Shown one piece after another: positions 44,251 through 53,162 of a DNA stretch of 64,000 bases (within the stretch, counting starts at the first letter, position 1; every line of letters begins with the position of its first letter). Under the pieces are notes generated by a model that made no database searches, was not told the DNA's origin, and saw only the letters and a list, made by a program, of their open reading frames with translations. The position numbers were made by a program, and so were the translations under genes. The stretch comes from an uncultured bacterium (lineage in GTDB: Bacteria; Bacillota; Clostridia; Oscillospirales; CAG-272), in the NCBI GenBank assembly GCA_949293405.1, contig CASFDI010000067.1, positions 534 through 64,533 of the forward strand, given 5' to 3'.

Positions 44251-45906
44251 ATGAAAAGCATTGAAGTTTCCGTCTCTCCGGAGGGCCTGGCAGGCATCAA
44301 CAGCCAGCTGCAGGCAAACTGCCGTGATACCGAATTGATTTTCCCGCAAAATGCGCTGATCTCCCTGCGTCAGCAGGATTGCACACAGACCCGGCTCATG
44401 CTTTCCAACACAGCCGACACCCCGTATAAATCGCTTGCTCTCACCCTCTCTCATGCGGAAAACATGATCCTCGATTTCCGCAATGCCACGCTGGAATGTA
44501 CCGGTCAGCTGCAGCCGCTGAGCCTGTTCGATTCACGCAATGTCACGGTCCGGAATCTCAACATTGACTGGACCGTGCCGCTCAGCGCCGAATGCACCGT
44601 ACAGCACTGTACACCGCAGTACCTGGATGTCTGTATCTGCCCCGAAACCTTTCCCTTTGAAGTGGAAAACGGACAACTCTTCTTTCTGACCGGCACCGAG
44701 CGCGCCGCCCTGTGGGAGGGCGCTCACACTGCCTTTGACCGGGAGAGTCTCTGCGTGGTTCCGGACAGCGGCGACATGATCACGATTGAGCGTGCCGAGC
44801 AGCTTTCCGAACGGCAGGTGCGCCTGTACCTGCGCCGGCCGGTAGTACTTGGTGAGGGCGACTGTCTGGTCTTGCGGCACTCCCTGCGCATGCACGCCGG
44901 CATCTTCGTCGAAGGATGCACCAATGTCACTTTTGAAAATGTCCATGTATATGCAACCGGCGGACTGGGCATTCTCTGTCAGTTCAACGACACCCTGACC
45001 TTCCGCCATGTGCTCTTCTCTGCCAACACCGCCAAAAACCGGAAAGTGGTCAACGGTCACGATGACGGTCTGCATCTGGTCAACAACCGGGGTGAGATCC
45101 TGATTGAGGCCTGCTCCTTCCATGGGCTGATGGATGACCCGGTGAACATCCACGGCATCTATCTTCAAGTGACACAAGTGCCGGACGAACACACCCTCAG
45201 ATGTAGGTTCGCGCATTCGTCTGCCACCGGTTTTGACCGGTTCACCTCGGAGGGTGATGTCTGTGCACTGATCCGTGCAGACGATATGAGCACTGTCGGA
45301 ACCCTCACGGTAAAGGAATACCGCCTGATCAGCCGCGAGGAATGCATCCTCACCTTTGACGGTACGATTCCGGCAGAGATCGGTCCGGGCGATGCCGTGG
45401 AAAATCTGAACGATACCCCGGCTGTTACTGTCCGGAACAGTTTTATCGGCAGCTGCCGCGCGCGCGGCCTGCTGATCACCACACCGAAAAAAGTGACGGT
45501 GGAAAACAATCTGTTTCAGAGTGCCGGTTCGGCCATTCTGCTCTCCGGGGACGCGCATGGGTGGTTTGAATCGGGAGCCTGTCATGAGGTGACCATACGG
45601 GACAACACCTTCACCGCTCAATGTCTGACATCGGAATACGAGTTCTGCAAGGGCGTGATCAGCATCTGTCCGGTCATCCCTCACCCTGATGACCGGCGCC
45701 CCTATCATGGCAATATCACCATCACGCGAAACAAATTCCACTACAACAGAAAACCGGTGCTGTATGCTTTCAGCACGGAGCAGTTGAGCTTTGTTTCCAA
45801 TATTATCTACCCTGCCTGCGGACATCCTGCAAACGCACAGCAAGAAATCCCGGTCGTCACCGAACACTGCCATACGGTCTGTCTGTCGGATAATCTGTTT
45901 CTGTAA
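44251..45906 (+). CDS. right-handed parallel beta-helix repeat protein (possible glycoside hydrolase; GH110-like is a guess)
   Basis: 551 aa, no signal peptide. It has periodic motifs of the type NVTVRNLNI / NVTFENVHV / VTVRNSFI / VTIRDNTF, typical of PbH1 repeats. Confidence 0.55.
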   Translation: MKSIEVSVSPEGLAGINSQLQANCRDTELIFPQNALISLRQQDCTQTRLMLSNTADTPYKSLALTLSHAENMILDFRNATLECTGQLQPLSLFDSRNVTVRNLNIDWTVPLSAECTVQHCTPQYLDVCICPETFPFEVENGQLFFLTGTERAALWEGAHTAFDRESLCVVPDSGDMITIERAEQLSERQVRLYLRRPVVLGEGDCLVLRHSLRMHAGIFVEGCTNVTFENVHVYATGGLGILCQFNDTLTFRHVLFSANTAKNRKVVNGHDDGLHLVNNRGEILIEACSFHGLMDDPVNIHGIYLQVTQVPDEHTLRCRFAHSSATGFDRFTSEGDVCALIRADDMSTVGTLTVKEYRLISREECILTFDGTIPAEIGPGDAVENLNDTPAVTVRNSFIGSCRARGLLITTPKKVTVENNLFQSAGSAILLSGDAHGWFESGACHEVTIRDNTFTAQCLTSEYEFCKGVISICPVIPHPDDRRPYHGNITITRNKFHYNRKPVLYAFSTEQLSFVSNIIYPACGHPANAQQEIPVVTEHCHTVCLSDNLFL

Positions 45907-45976
45907 GGGCGGCACCGGACAATTGCGTAAGCGGGTGCCGGGCGTACAAAATGTACGCCCGGCACCCGCTTTTGTA

Positions 45977-46810
45977 TTACTTGTAAAAAGCGTGATTCCC
46001 GATGACAAACACCAGTGTGCAGTTCTTCTCAATCCAGGAGGAAGTGGCAATTCTGGGATTCATGAAATACAGCATTTCGGTGGAGAGGCTGTAACCTTCC
46101 AGGCAGATCTTGGCTGCAATAACCGAAAGTGCAGTCGGACTCTGATAGATGGTGCCGTTGGCAACCGGTTGGAACTGAATGCCGTAGTTCTTATCGAAAA
46201 TGACGCCCCAGATGGTATTGGGATAAGCAGGGTGACGCACACGGTTGAGCACGACATTTCCTACCGCGATCTGTCCCAGCAGAGATTCTCCGCGGCTTTC
46301 CGCAGAGATAATGCGGGAGAGCCAGTATACTGCATCCGCGTCATACCACAGGCTTCCGGAAACCGGCGCCTTGTATTTACCCGAAAGTATGTATCCGCGG
46401 CGTGCATCGTAGGACACGGAAAGTCCGACGGTTTTTGCGGCGGTGCGGACCGGCACATACACCCGCCCGTCAATCAGACGGACCGGGGCGCCGCACCAGA
46501 AATAACGGCCGTTTGCTTCTATGTACCAGGTACCGACCGTAGCGGTGACGGTCAGATCATTGGCAATCACTTTCATGGTGGAAGATGCGCTGTCGTACTT
46601 GGCAGTGATCTTAACAGAGGAAGAAATGAACGAGTCCAGCGGCACATAGGCAATTCCTTCTACCCATTTACCGGAGCTGTATACGCTTCCGTCATCACGG
46701 TAGATGGTGGTGGGGGTGTAAACGGCGGCTGCCGCCGTATACATTGAAATGAGGGGGAGCATGAGAGCCAGCAACATCAGGCATACTGCTCCGCGCTTGA
46801 ATTTTGTCAT
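45977..46810 (-). CDS. cell-wall hydrolase (SleB-type Hydrolase_2 domain) with an N-terminal copper-amine-oxidase-like stalk domain
   Basis: Signal peptide, a stalk-like repeat (DGRVYVPVRTAAKTVGLSVSYD), then SRIISAESRGESLLGQIAVGNVVLNRV...QFQP. RBS AGGAAAGGAG. Confidence 0.8.
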   Translation of the reverse strand: MTKFKRGAVCLMLLALMLPLISMYTAAAAVYTPTTIYRDDGSVYSSGKWVEGIAYVPLDSFISSSVKITAKYDSASSTMKVIANDLTVTATVGTWYIEANGRYFWCGAPVRLIDGRVYVPVRTAAKTVGLSVSYDARRGYILSGKYKAPVSGSLWYDADAVYWLSRIISAESRGESLLGQIAVGNVVLNRVRHPAYPNTIWGVIFDKNYGIQFQPVANGTIYQSPTALSVIAAKICLEGYSLSTEMLYFMNPRIATSSWIEKNCTLVFVIGNHAFYK

Positions 46811-47189
46811 GTTTGTGTCTCCTTTCCTGTTCGACGGCCTTATTGTATCATGCCCGTTCTGAGAATGCAAACCACAATATCTGGCGGGGCTGGAAGCTCC
46901 CCCCATCTGCGGCGCCTATATAATGTAACTCTTTGTTCATCGGGCAGGATGAATTTGTTATTTATTTCTTCATAACAACTGCATATTCTGTCCATAATCG
47001 ATTCAGAAAGCGCTTACAAACACTTCATCCCGTATACAAAAACCGTGTGGCCGGTCGGTTCTTGCTGAGTCAGATCTGCCGTTTGCGTGCATCTGAACGC
47101 AGTCATATTCCGCTCATGTTTTCTTCACAGTTCAAAAGCGGTATCAACCGCTTTCCGCAAGCGCAGCCACTCCCGGTCAGAAAATTCAC

Positions 47190-47218
47190 TTGTCAAAGAA
47201 CGCCTGTCATGGTATAAT
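47190..47218 (+). promoter_or_regulatory. sigma-A-type promoter (extended -10) of the ABC pair
   Basis: TTGTCA (47190-47195), a 17-nt spacer and TGgTATAAT (TATAAT at 47213-47218). Confidence 0.6.
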
Positions 47219-47274
47219 ACTTTTGTCCTGTTCCCGAATTGTATTTTTAATTTTAAAAATTGAGGAGAGACACG

Positions 47275-47988
47275 ATGCTTCATATTGAACAGCTGACGAA
47301 ACGGTACGGCTCCAAGACTGCCGTGGACCACCTGTCCCTGCACATTCCGGCGGGAGAAGTATACGGATTCATCGGACACAACGGTGCCGGTAAAACAACC
47401 ACCCTGCGCACAATTGCCGGACTGCTGCCGATTGAAGAAGGCGAAATCACCGTCTGCGGCAAGTCGGTACGCACCGACGCACTGGAAGCGAAGCGCCACA
47501 TGGCCTATATTCCGGACGATCCGGAACTGTACCCTTTCCTGACCGGCGTTCAGTTTCTGAAATTTATTGCAGATATCCGGGGCATGTCAGCCTCCCAGCG
47601 CACCGAACGCATCTCCCTGTATGCCGACCGTCTTTCCCTGACGCAGGAGCTGGGACAGCCGATCTCCTCCTACTCACACGGTATGAAGCAGAAACTCGCC
47701 ATTATTTCCGCCTGGATGCACGCCCCTTCGCTGATCCTGATGGATGAGCCGTTTGTCGGACTGGACCCGATCGCGTCCCATACCCTTAAGGAAATGATGC
47801 GCGAACACTGCAGGGGAGGCGGCGCCATCTTCTTCTCCACGCATGTGCTGGAAGTAGCCGAAAAACTGTGCGACAGCATCGCCATTATCAAAAACGGAAA
47901 ACTGGTCATGGCAGGTCCGACCGAACAGGTGCGCGGGGACACTTCACTCGAAGAGGTGTTCCTGGAACTGGAGGAAAACCATGATTAA
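47275..47988 (+). CDS. ABC transporter ATP-binding protein
   Basis: Walker A GHNGAGKTT, signature YSHGMKQK and Walker B ILMDEP. RBS GAGGAG. Confidence 0.9.
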   Translation: MLHIEQLTKRYGSKTAVDHLSLHIPAGEVYGFIGHNGAGKTTTLRTIAGLLPIEEGEITVCGKSVRTDALEAKRHMAYIPDDPELYPFLTGVQFLKFIADIRGMSASQRTERISLYADRLSLTQELGQPISSYSHGMKQKLAIISAWMHAPSLILMDEPFVGLDPIASHTLKEMMREHCRGGGAIFFSTHVLEVAEKLCDSIAIIKNGKLVMAGPTEQVRGDTSLEEVFLELEENHD

Positions 47989-49567
47989 AATCTTGCTCAA
48001 AATGCAGGCCCGTCAGACCCTGCACATGATGCTCGGAAAAGCCGCCAAAAAGAAGGCGGTCACTCTGCCGCTGCTTTTTCTGGTCCTGTTTTTCCTGCTG
48101 TACTTCACACTGTTTATCGCAGGATTTACCGGAATGCTGTTTTTCAATGCAGGGCAGGACTGGTTTCCGTCAGGATACGGATGGCTGTTCTTTACCATGG
48201 CGGGAATTGTAGAATTTGCACTTATATTTTTAGGCAGTATTTATTTTACCAAGCAGCAGCTTTATGAAGCAAATGACAACGCCATTCTGCTCACCCTGCC
48301 GATCCCACATAGCATCATCCTGTCCAGCCGCATGATCTGGCTCCTGATCCTGGACTATTATCTGGGAGCAGTCTGTGCCGTGCCGGTTCTGGTCTCTCTG
48401 CTCGTGCTTCAGATCTCGCCCGCCGCGATAGCGTGCTATGCACTGATCGCCCTGACTATCCCGCTTTTTGCACAATCGCTGTCGGCCGCACTGGCGTACG
48501 CTCTGCACGCACTCACCTCCCGCATGCGGCGCAAGACCCTGTTTCAGACTGTTCTGACTCTGTGCATCCTGGGAGCATATTTCTACTTTCTGTTCTCCTT
48601 TTCCTTTGAATCGGAAGCGCTGGCAGGCCTGCGCGATAAACTTGCGCCCGCACTGACAGGTACCCCGCTCGGTGTATTCGGTGCCATTCAGGCAGAGGGA
48701 GCGTTTCTCCCGGTGATTGCCATTCTGCTCGTTTTTATTGCCCTGTTTATGCTTCTGATCTGGCTGCTGTCCCGTTCGTTTGCCCGGCTGACTACCGGGA
48801 CGAGCGTACGGCGCCGCGCGACGTTCCGGCGCGATGCACTCCGCGGCGTGCGTTCGCCGCTAAGAGCGCAGATCGGTCTGGAGCTGCGTCGGTTTTTCGG
48901 CAGCACCCCCTACCTTGTCAACTGCGGTCTTGGGTGTCTGCTGGCGCTCGCGTGCGGCATTTTTGCCGTGGTGCAACGGAATGCCCTGCCCGCAGAACTG
49001 TCGGCCAACCTGGGAACCGATGCAACCGCCCTGCTTGCCAGCGCATTGCTGTGCGGGCTGGGATGTACCACCCTGATTTCCGCTCCTTCCATCACGCTGG
49101 AAGGACGGATGCTCTGGATTCTGCGATCCGCACCTGTCCCCGCATCGGTGATCCTGCGGGCGAAAGCACTGACCCATGTCATCATTGCGGCTCCGCCCTA
49201 TCTGATCGCCTCCCTGTGTCTGATCTTTGCGATCCGCCCCGGTTTCACCGCCTCGGTGTGTCTGGTTCTTGCACCGCAAATTTTCATTACTGCCTGCGCT
49301 TTCATCGGCGTTTTTATTAATTTGTATGTACACAATCTGGCATGGGAGAATGAAACACAGGCGGTAAAGCAGGGACTCAATCTGGTGCTGACCATGCTTG
49401 CGGCAGGCGGAATGCTGACCGCTGCCGCCCTGCTCTCCCTGCCGGTTCTGCTGCTCTTCTCCGCTGCAGCCGCTGCAGTCGTAGCATGCCTGCCGTTGCT
49501 TGTGCTGGCGTTCCTTTTTGAGCGTCTGACCGTGAAAGTGGGTGCTGCACGTTTTGACCGGTTGTAA
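47981..49567 (+). CDS. putative ABC exporter permease (polytopic membrane protein)
   Basis: 528 aa with at least 10 predicted TM helices. Its start overlaps the ATPase stop by 8 nt. Confidence 0.6.
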   Translation: MIKILLKMQARQTLHMMLGKAAKKKAVTLPLLFLVLFFLLYFTLFIAGFTGMLFFNAGQDWFPSGYGWLFFTMAGIVEFALIFLGSIYFTKQQLYEANDNAILLTLPIPHSIILSSRMIWLLILDYYLGAVCAVPVLVSLLVLQISPAAIACYALIALTIPLFAQSLSAALAYALHALTSRMRRKTLFQTVLTLCILGAYFYFLFSFSFESEALAGLRDKLAPALTGTPLGVFGAIQAEGAFLPVIAILLVFIALFMLLIWLLSRSFARLTTGTSVRRRATFRRDALRGVRSPLRAQIGLELRRFFGSTPYLVNCGLGCLLALACGIFAVVQRNALPAELSANLGTDATALLASALLCGLGCTTLISAPSITLEGRMLWILRSAPVPASVILRAKALTHVIIAAPPYLIASLCLIFAIRPGFTASVCLVLAPQIFITACAFIGVFINLYVHNLAWENETQAVKQGLNLVLTMLAAGGMLTAAALLSLPVLLLFSAAAAAVVACLPLLVLAFLFERLTVKVGAARFDRL

Positions 49568-49603
49568 AAATCGGTACGGATACAGGAAATTTGACAATTG
49601 CGG

Positions 49604-49643
49604 TTGACAATGTACGCTGTGCATGTTAAAATGTTGTTAACAA
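49604..49643 (+). promoter_or_regulatory. sigma-A-type promoter of nhaC with an adjacent 10-bp palindrome
   Basis: TTGACA (49604-49609), a 17-nt spacer and TAAAAT (49627-49632). The perfect palindrome TTGTTAACAA lies at 49634-49643. A second TTGACAAT copy lies at 49591-49598. Confidence 0.55.
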
Positions 49644-49712
49644 TTGGCTTTTCTCTTCTATTTTTCTATTTTTCCTGCCGTACCGGCACGGAACATTACT
49701 GCGGAGGATTTT

Positions 49713-51416
49713 ATGGCTCGCTCTAGACTGCGCATCACACTGCTGGTCGCTGTTTTGGTGATCGCCCTGCTCTGGGTGGGAGCGGCTGTTACTGCCGCCA
49801 ACCGCGAAGACGGCACAGTGACCGCAACCGCGTGGGCATTTGTGCCTGCCATTGTGGCAATCGGTCTCGCGCTGGTTTCCAAACAGGTGTATATTTCCCT
49901 GTTTGCAGGTATTTTTACCGGCACGATGCTGCTGGCTGACGGCAACCCGATTTACGCCGTTACGTACCTTTATCAGAGCCTGGCCGAAAAACTGGGTGAG
50001 AATGCCTGCATCCTGGTCTTCCTGGTGTGTCTGGGCATTCTGGTGGTCCTGATGGGAAAATCAGGCGGTTCCCGTGCATACGGCGAATGGGCGCGCAAGC
50101 GTATCACCACCCGCAAGGGCGCCATGCTTGCAACTGCCGGACTCGGTTGCCTCATTTTCGTCGACGACTATTTCAACTGTCTGACCGTGGGCAGCATCAT
50201 GCGGCCCGTGACTGAAAGCCACAAGGTCTCGAAAGCCAAACTGGCCTACATTATTGACTCCACCGCAGCGCCGGTATGCATCATTGCCCCGATTTCATCC
50301 TGGGCGGCCGCGGTCAGCGGCTCGGTGGTGGGAGAGAACGGCATCATGACCTTTATCAAGACCATTCCGTTCAACCTGTATGCCCTGCTGACCATTGCCA
50401 TGGTGTTTGTCACCACTGCCCTTTCGATTGATTTCTTCAAGATGCGCCGCAACGAGGCCATCGCCCTGCGGACCGGGGACCTGACCGCAGGCGAGACCGA
50501 TCTGCCTGCTGAAGACCTGGACGAGCGCGACATCCGCACCGACGGCAAGGTTGCTTATCTGGTGGTGCCGATCGTGCTGTTGCTGGTCTGCTGTGTCGGC
50601 GGCATGCTGTTCAACGGGTTCTACTACGACTGGGACGCAGGTTCCATCTCGACCACCCTGCAGACACACAACATCATCGACGCTTTTTCCAGTTGTGATG
50701 CCGGTCTGAGCCTTGCGGTCGGTTCCACGATTGCACTGGCGCTGACCATCCTGTATTATGTATGCGCCGGAGCACTGACCTTCCGCGCCTGCACCGACTC
50801 CTTCACCCAGGGCTTCAAGGCCATGGTCCCTGCTATCCTGATCCTGATTTTCGCCTGGACCATCAGCGGCGTCATGGGAGCCAAGGGCGGCGGACTGGAG
50901 GCAAAAACCTTTGTGGAAAACACGGTTTCCCGCATTGACGGCAGCCTGCTGGCACTGCTGCCTGCCATCTTCTTTGTCCTGGCATGTTTTATCGCCTTCT
51001 CCACCGGTACCTCCTGGGGTACCTTCGGCATCCTGATCCCGATTGCCAGTACCCTGGTACTGGGCGCACATGCCACATCCGAGTTTTCCTATCTGATGAT
51101 GAGCGCCATTCTGGCCGGCTCGGTTTACGGCGACCATGTTTCTCCCATTTCCGATACCACCATCATGTCCAGCTCGGGCGCCCAGTGCAATCACCTCGAT
51201 CATGTGCGCACCCAGATGCCCTATGCGACCCTGGTTGCCGGCATCTGCCTTGTGGCGTATATTGTTCTCGGCTTCATTGCCAAAGCAGGAGTCAACTACG
51301 GCCTGCTCACCGTCTGCTCGCTTGCGATCGGAGCGCTGCTCTTTGCCGGCACCATCTATGCGTTGCAGGTGTATACCAGACGCAAGGATGCTGCAGAAGC
51401 CAGGGAAACGGAATAA
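49713..51416 (+). CDS. nhaC: Na+/H+ antiporter NhaC family protein
   Basis: 567-aa polytopic protein with NhaC-type blocks (FVDDYFNCLTVGSIMRP, YGDHVSPISDTTI). RBS GGAGGA. The ORF-track extension is rejected. Confidence 0.8.
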   Translation: MARSRLRITLLVAVLVIALLWVGAAVTAANREDGTVTATAWAFVPAIVAIGLALVSKQVYISLFAGIFTGTMLLADGNPIYAVTYLYQSLAEKLGENACILVFLVCLGILVVLMGKSGGSRAYGEWARKRITTRKGAMLATAGLGCLIFVDDYFNCLTVGSIMRPVTESHKVSKAKLAYIIDSTAAPVCIIAPISSWAAAVSGSVVGENGIMTFIKTIPFNLYALLTIAMVFVTTALSIDFFKMRRNEAIALRTGDLTAGETDLPAEDLDERDIRTDGKVAYLVVPIVLLLVCCVGGMLFNGFYYDWDAGSISTTLQTHNIIDAFSSCDAGLSLAVGSTIALALTILYYVCAGALTFRACTDSFTQGFKAMVPAILILIFAWTISGVMGAKGGGLEAKTFVENTVSRIDGSLLALLPAIFFVLACFIAFSTGTSWGTFGILIPIASTLVLGAHATSEFSYLMMSAILAGSVYGDHVSPISDTTIMSSSGAQCNHLDHVRTQMPYATLVAGICLVAYIVLGFIAKAGVNYGLLTVCSLAIGALLFAGTIYALQVYTRRKDAAEARETE

Positions 51417-51454
51417 ACCGGTTCTGTTTTTTTGAACAATCTGTGGACTGGGTA

Positions 51455-51646
51455 TTGACTTTTTACCAGACTTCGGGTATAATATTTCCGTAAAAGGGAG
51501 TAGTTTGCGTGCTGTGCACGACCTGCGGTTCGTCATTCCGATGACTGTCATCCGGATCGCGGGGGACCCTGCTTTCGCGGTTTATAACAAGACTTTTACC
51601 GTTCGGACTGTAAAAGTCTTTTATTTTTGCGGAAAGGATTATTTTT
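51455..51646 (+). promoter_or_regulatory. promoter plus structured leader (about 160 nt) ending in an intrinsic terminator: candidate riboswitch or attenuator
   Basis: TTGACT (51455-51460), a 17-nt spacer and TATAAT (51478-51483). Leader hairpins: CGTGC-tgt-GCACG, an imperfect hairpin within TCCGATGACTGTCATCCGGA, and ATCGCG...CGCGGT. The terminator is AAGACTTTTAC/GTAAAAGTCTT followed by TTATTTTT (51589-51628), 19 nt before the ATG. Confidence 0.55.
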
Positions 51647-52771
51647 ATGGAAGTACTTTACGAAAACCTGCTGTTGCTCGACTGGAAAATGCTGTTCATG
51701 TGGGCGATCGGCGGCGCACTGATCTTCCTCGCCATCAAAAAGCAGATGGAACCCACGCTGCTTCTACCGATGGGGTTCGGCGCCATTCTGGTCAACCTGC
51801 CCCTCTCGGGCGCCGTCACGCAGATCCACGACGGCGTTTCCGAAATCGGTATCATCAGCCTGCTGTTTGACAGCGGAATCGCCAACGAACTCTTCCCTCT
51901 GCTGCTCTTTATCGGCATCGGCGCGATGATCGACTTCGGTCCCCTGCTCTCCAACCCGCGCCTGTTGATCTTCGGCGCAGCGGCTCAGTTCGGAATTTTC
52001 TTCACACTGAGCATGGCGGCTCTTTTCGGTTTTGATCTGAAAGACGCGGCTTCCATCGCCATCATCGGCGCAGCAGACGGACCGACCTCCATCTTCGTGG
52101 CCAACTTCTTCCAGTCTAAATACATCGGCGCCATCATTGTTGCCGCCTACTCCTATATGGCGCTGGTTCCGATCGTTCAGCCTCCGGTCATCCGTCTGAT
52201 CACCACTAAGAAGGAACGGCGCATCCGCATGGCGTACAAAGCGGACAGCGTCAGCAAGCTCACCCGCATCCTCTTCCCCATTCTGGTGACCGTCATTACC
52301 GGTCTTGTGGCTCCCAGGGCGGTCGCGCTGGTGGGATTTCTCATGTTCGGAAACCTGATCCGGGAATGCGGTGTTCTCGATTCGCTCTCCGATACCGCTC
52401 AGAAAACGCTTGCCAATCTGGTGACCCTGCTGCTGGGTATCACGGTCGCAGCACGCATGCAGGCAGACGCATTCCTCAATTGGGAAACCATTCTGATTCT
52501 CTGTCTGGGGTTGGTAGCGTTCATATTTGACACGGTGGGCGGTGTGCTCTTTGCGAAATTCCTGAATCTGTTCCTGAAGAAGAACAAGATCAACCCCATG
52601 ATCGGCGCAGCCGGCATTTCGGCTTTCCCCATGTCTGCGCGTGTGGTCCACAAAATGGGGCTTTCAGAGGATAATCAGAATTTCCTGCTGATGCACTCGA
52701 TCGGTGCCAATGTTTCCGGTCAGATCGCCTCTGTCATTGCAGGCGGACTGATCCTGAGTTTTCTGGGATGA
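51647..52771 (+). CDS. sodium ion-translocating decarboxylase beta subunit (OadB/GcdB/MmdB family)
   Basis: 374-aa polytopic protein. The N-terminus (...LIFLAIKKQMEPTLLLPMGFGAILVN) and blocks IIGAADGPTSIF and GAAGISAFPMSARV are typical of the family. Confidence 0.88.
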   Translation: MEVLYENLLLLDWKMLFMWAIGGALIFLAIKKQMEPTLLLPMGFGAILVNLPLSGAVTQIHDGVSEIGIISLLFDSGIANELFPLLLFIGIGAMIDFGPLLSNPRLLIFGAAAQFGIFFTLSMAALFGFDLKDAASIAIIGAADGPTSIFVANFFQSKYIGAIIVAAYSYMALVPIVQPPVIRLITTKKERRIRMAYKADSVSKLTRILFPILVTVITGLVAPRAVALVGFLMFGNLIRECGVLDSLSDTAQKTLANLVTLLLGITVAARMQADAFLNWETILILCLGLVAFIFDTVGGVLFAKFLNLFLKKNKINPMIGAAGISAFPMSARVVHKMGLSEDNQNFLLMHSIGANVSGQIASVIAGGLILSFLG

Positions 52772-52781
52772 GGTGAATAAG

Positions 52782-52949
52782 ATGAATTTCGAACTGTTTC
52801 TGGAAACGCTTCCCCTGGTCGGGAAAGGAATGCTGGGGATCTTCATTGTAACCGGGGTCATTATTCTGACCGTTCTGTTGCTCAACCGGCTGACACGGCC
52901 GAAAGGGCAACCGACCGCTTCCTCCGACGAGGACTCGTCGGGCGACTGA
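52782..52949 (+). CDS. OadG-like decarboxylase gamma/anchor subunit (55 aa, absent from the ORF track)
   Basis: ATG at 52782 with RBS GAGGTG 6 nt upstream, 10 nt after the beta-subunit stop. The product is MNFELFLETLPLVGKGMLGIFIVTGVIILTVLLLNRL... with one TM helix and an acidic tail, the OAD_gamma pattern. Confidence 0.6.
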   Translation: MNFELFLETLPLVGKGMLGIFIVTGVIILTVLLLNRLTRPKGQPTASSDEDSSGD

Positions 52950-52957
52950 ATCTGTTT

Positions 52958-52995
52958 TCCGGACCTGCATTTTGATGCTGGTCCGGATATTTTTA
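52958..52995 (+). terminator. intrinsic terminator after the decarboxylase genes
   Basis: TCCGGACC/GGTCCGGA stem with a 14-nt loop, followed by TATTTTTA. Confidence 0.6.
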
Positions 52996-53046
52996 TGCAA
53001 AAAAACGGTTTTCAGCCCGCAAACCCCGCTTTCTTGCGTAAAGTGC

Positions 53047-53075
53047 TTGACAAAAAATGCAGAAGGCGATATAAT
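53047..53075 (+). promoter_or_regulatory. sigma-A-type consensus promoter of the nine-gene transporter operon
   Basis: TTGACA (53047-53052), a 17-nt spacer and TATAAT (53070-53075). The leader carries a hairpin GTCG-gca-ACAAACTG/CAGTTTGT-CGAC (53086-53124), followed at 53135 by T6. Confidence 0.7.
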
Positions 53076-53162
53076 TTGTTAAAGAGTCGGCAACAAACTG
53101 TAATAAATATTGCAGTTTGTCGACTGATTTCACATTTTTTGCCATGCGAAAGGAGTCCGATT

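Noticed and set aside
46930-47190. An AT-richer region of about 260 nt between the divergent SleB-like and ABC genes. It contains a 94-aa plus ORF and a hairpin (AAGCGGT-atca-ACCGCTT).
   Set aside because: The ORF has no RBS and low-complexity content. The hairpin is short with weak flanking U-tracts. The region is adequately explained by two divergent promoters.
53086-53140. A leader hairpin followed at 10 nt by T6 in the 5' UTR of the nine-gene operon. I considered it as an attenuator or riboswitch.
   Set aside because: The stem is AT-rich with a bulge. The T-run is separated from the stem. The leader is short (about 85 nt) and has no recognisable aptamer. I mention it only within the promoter feature.
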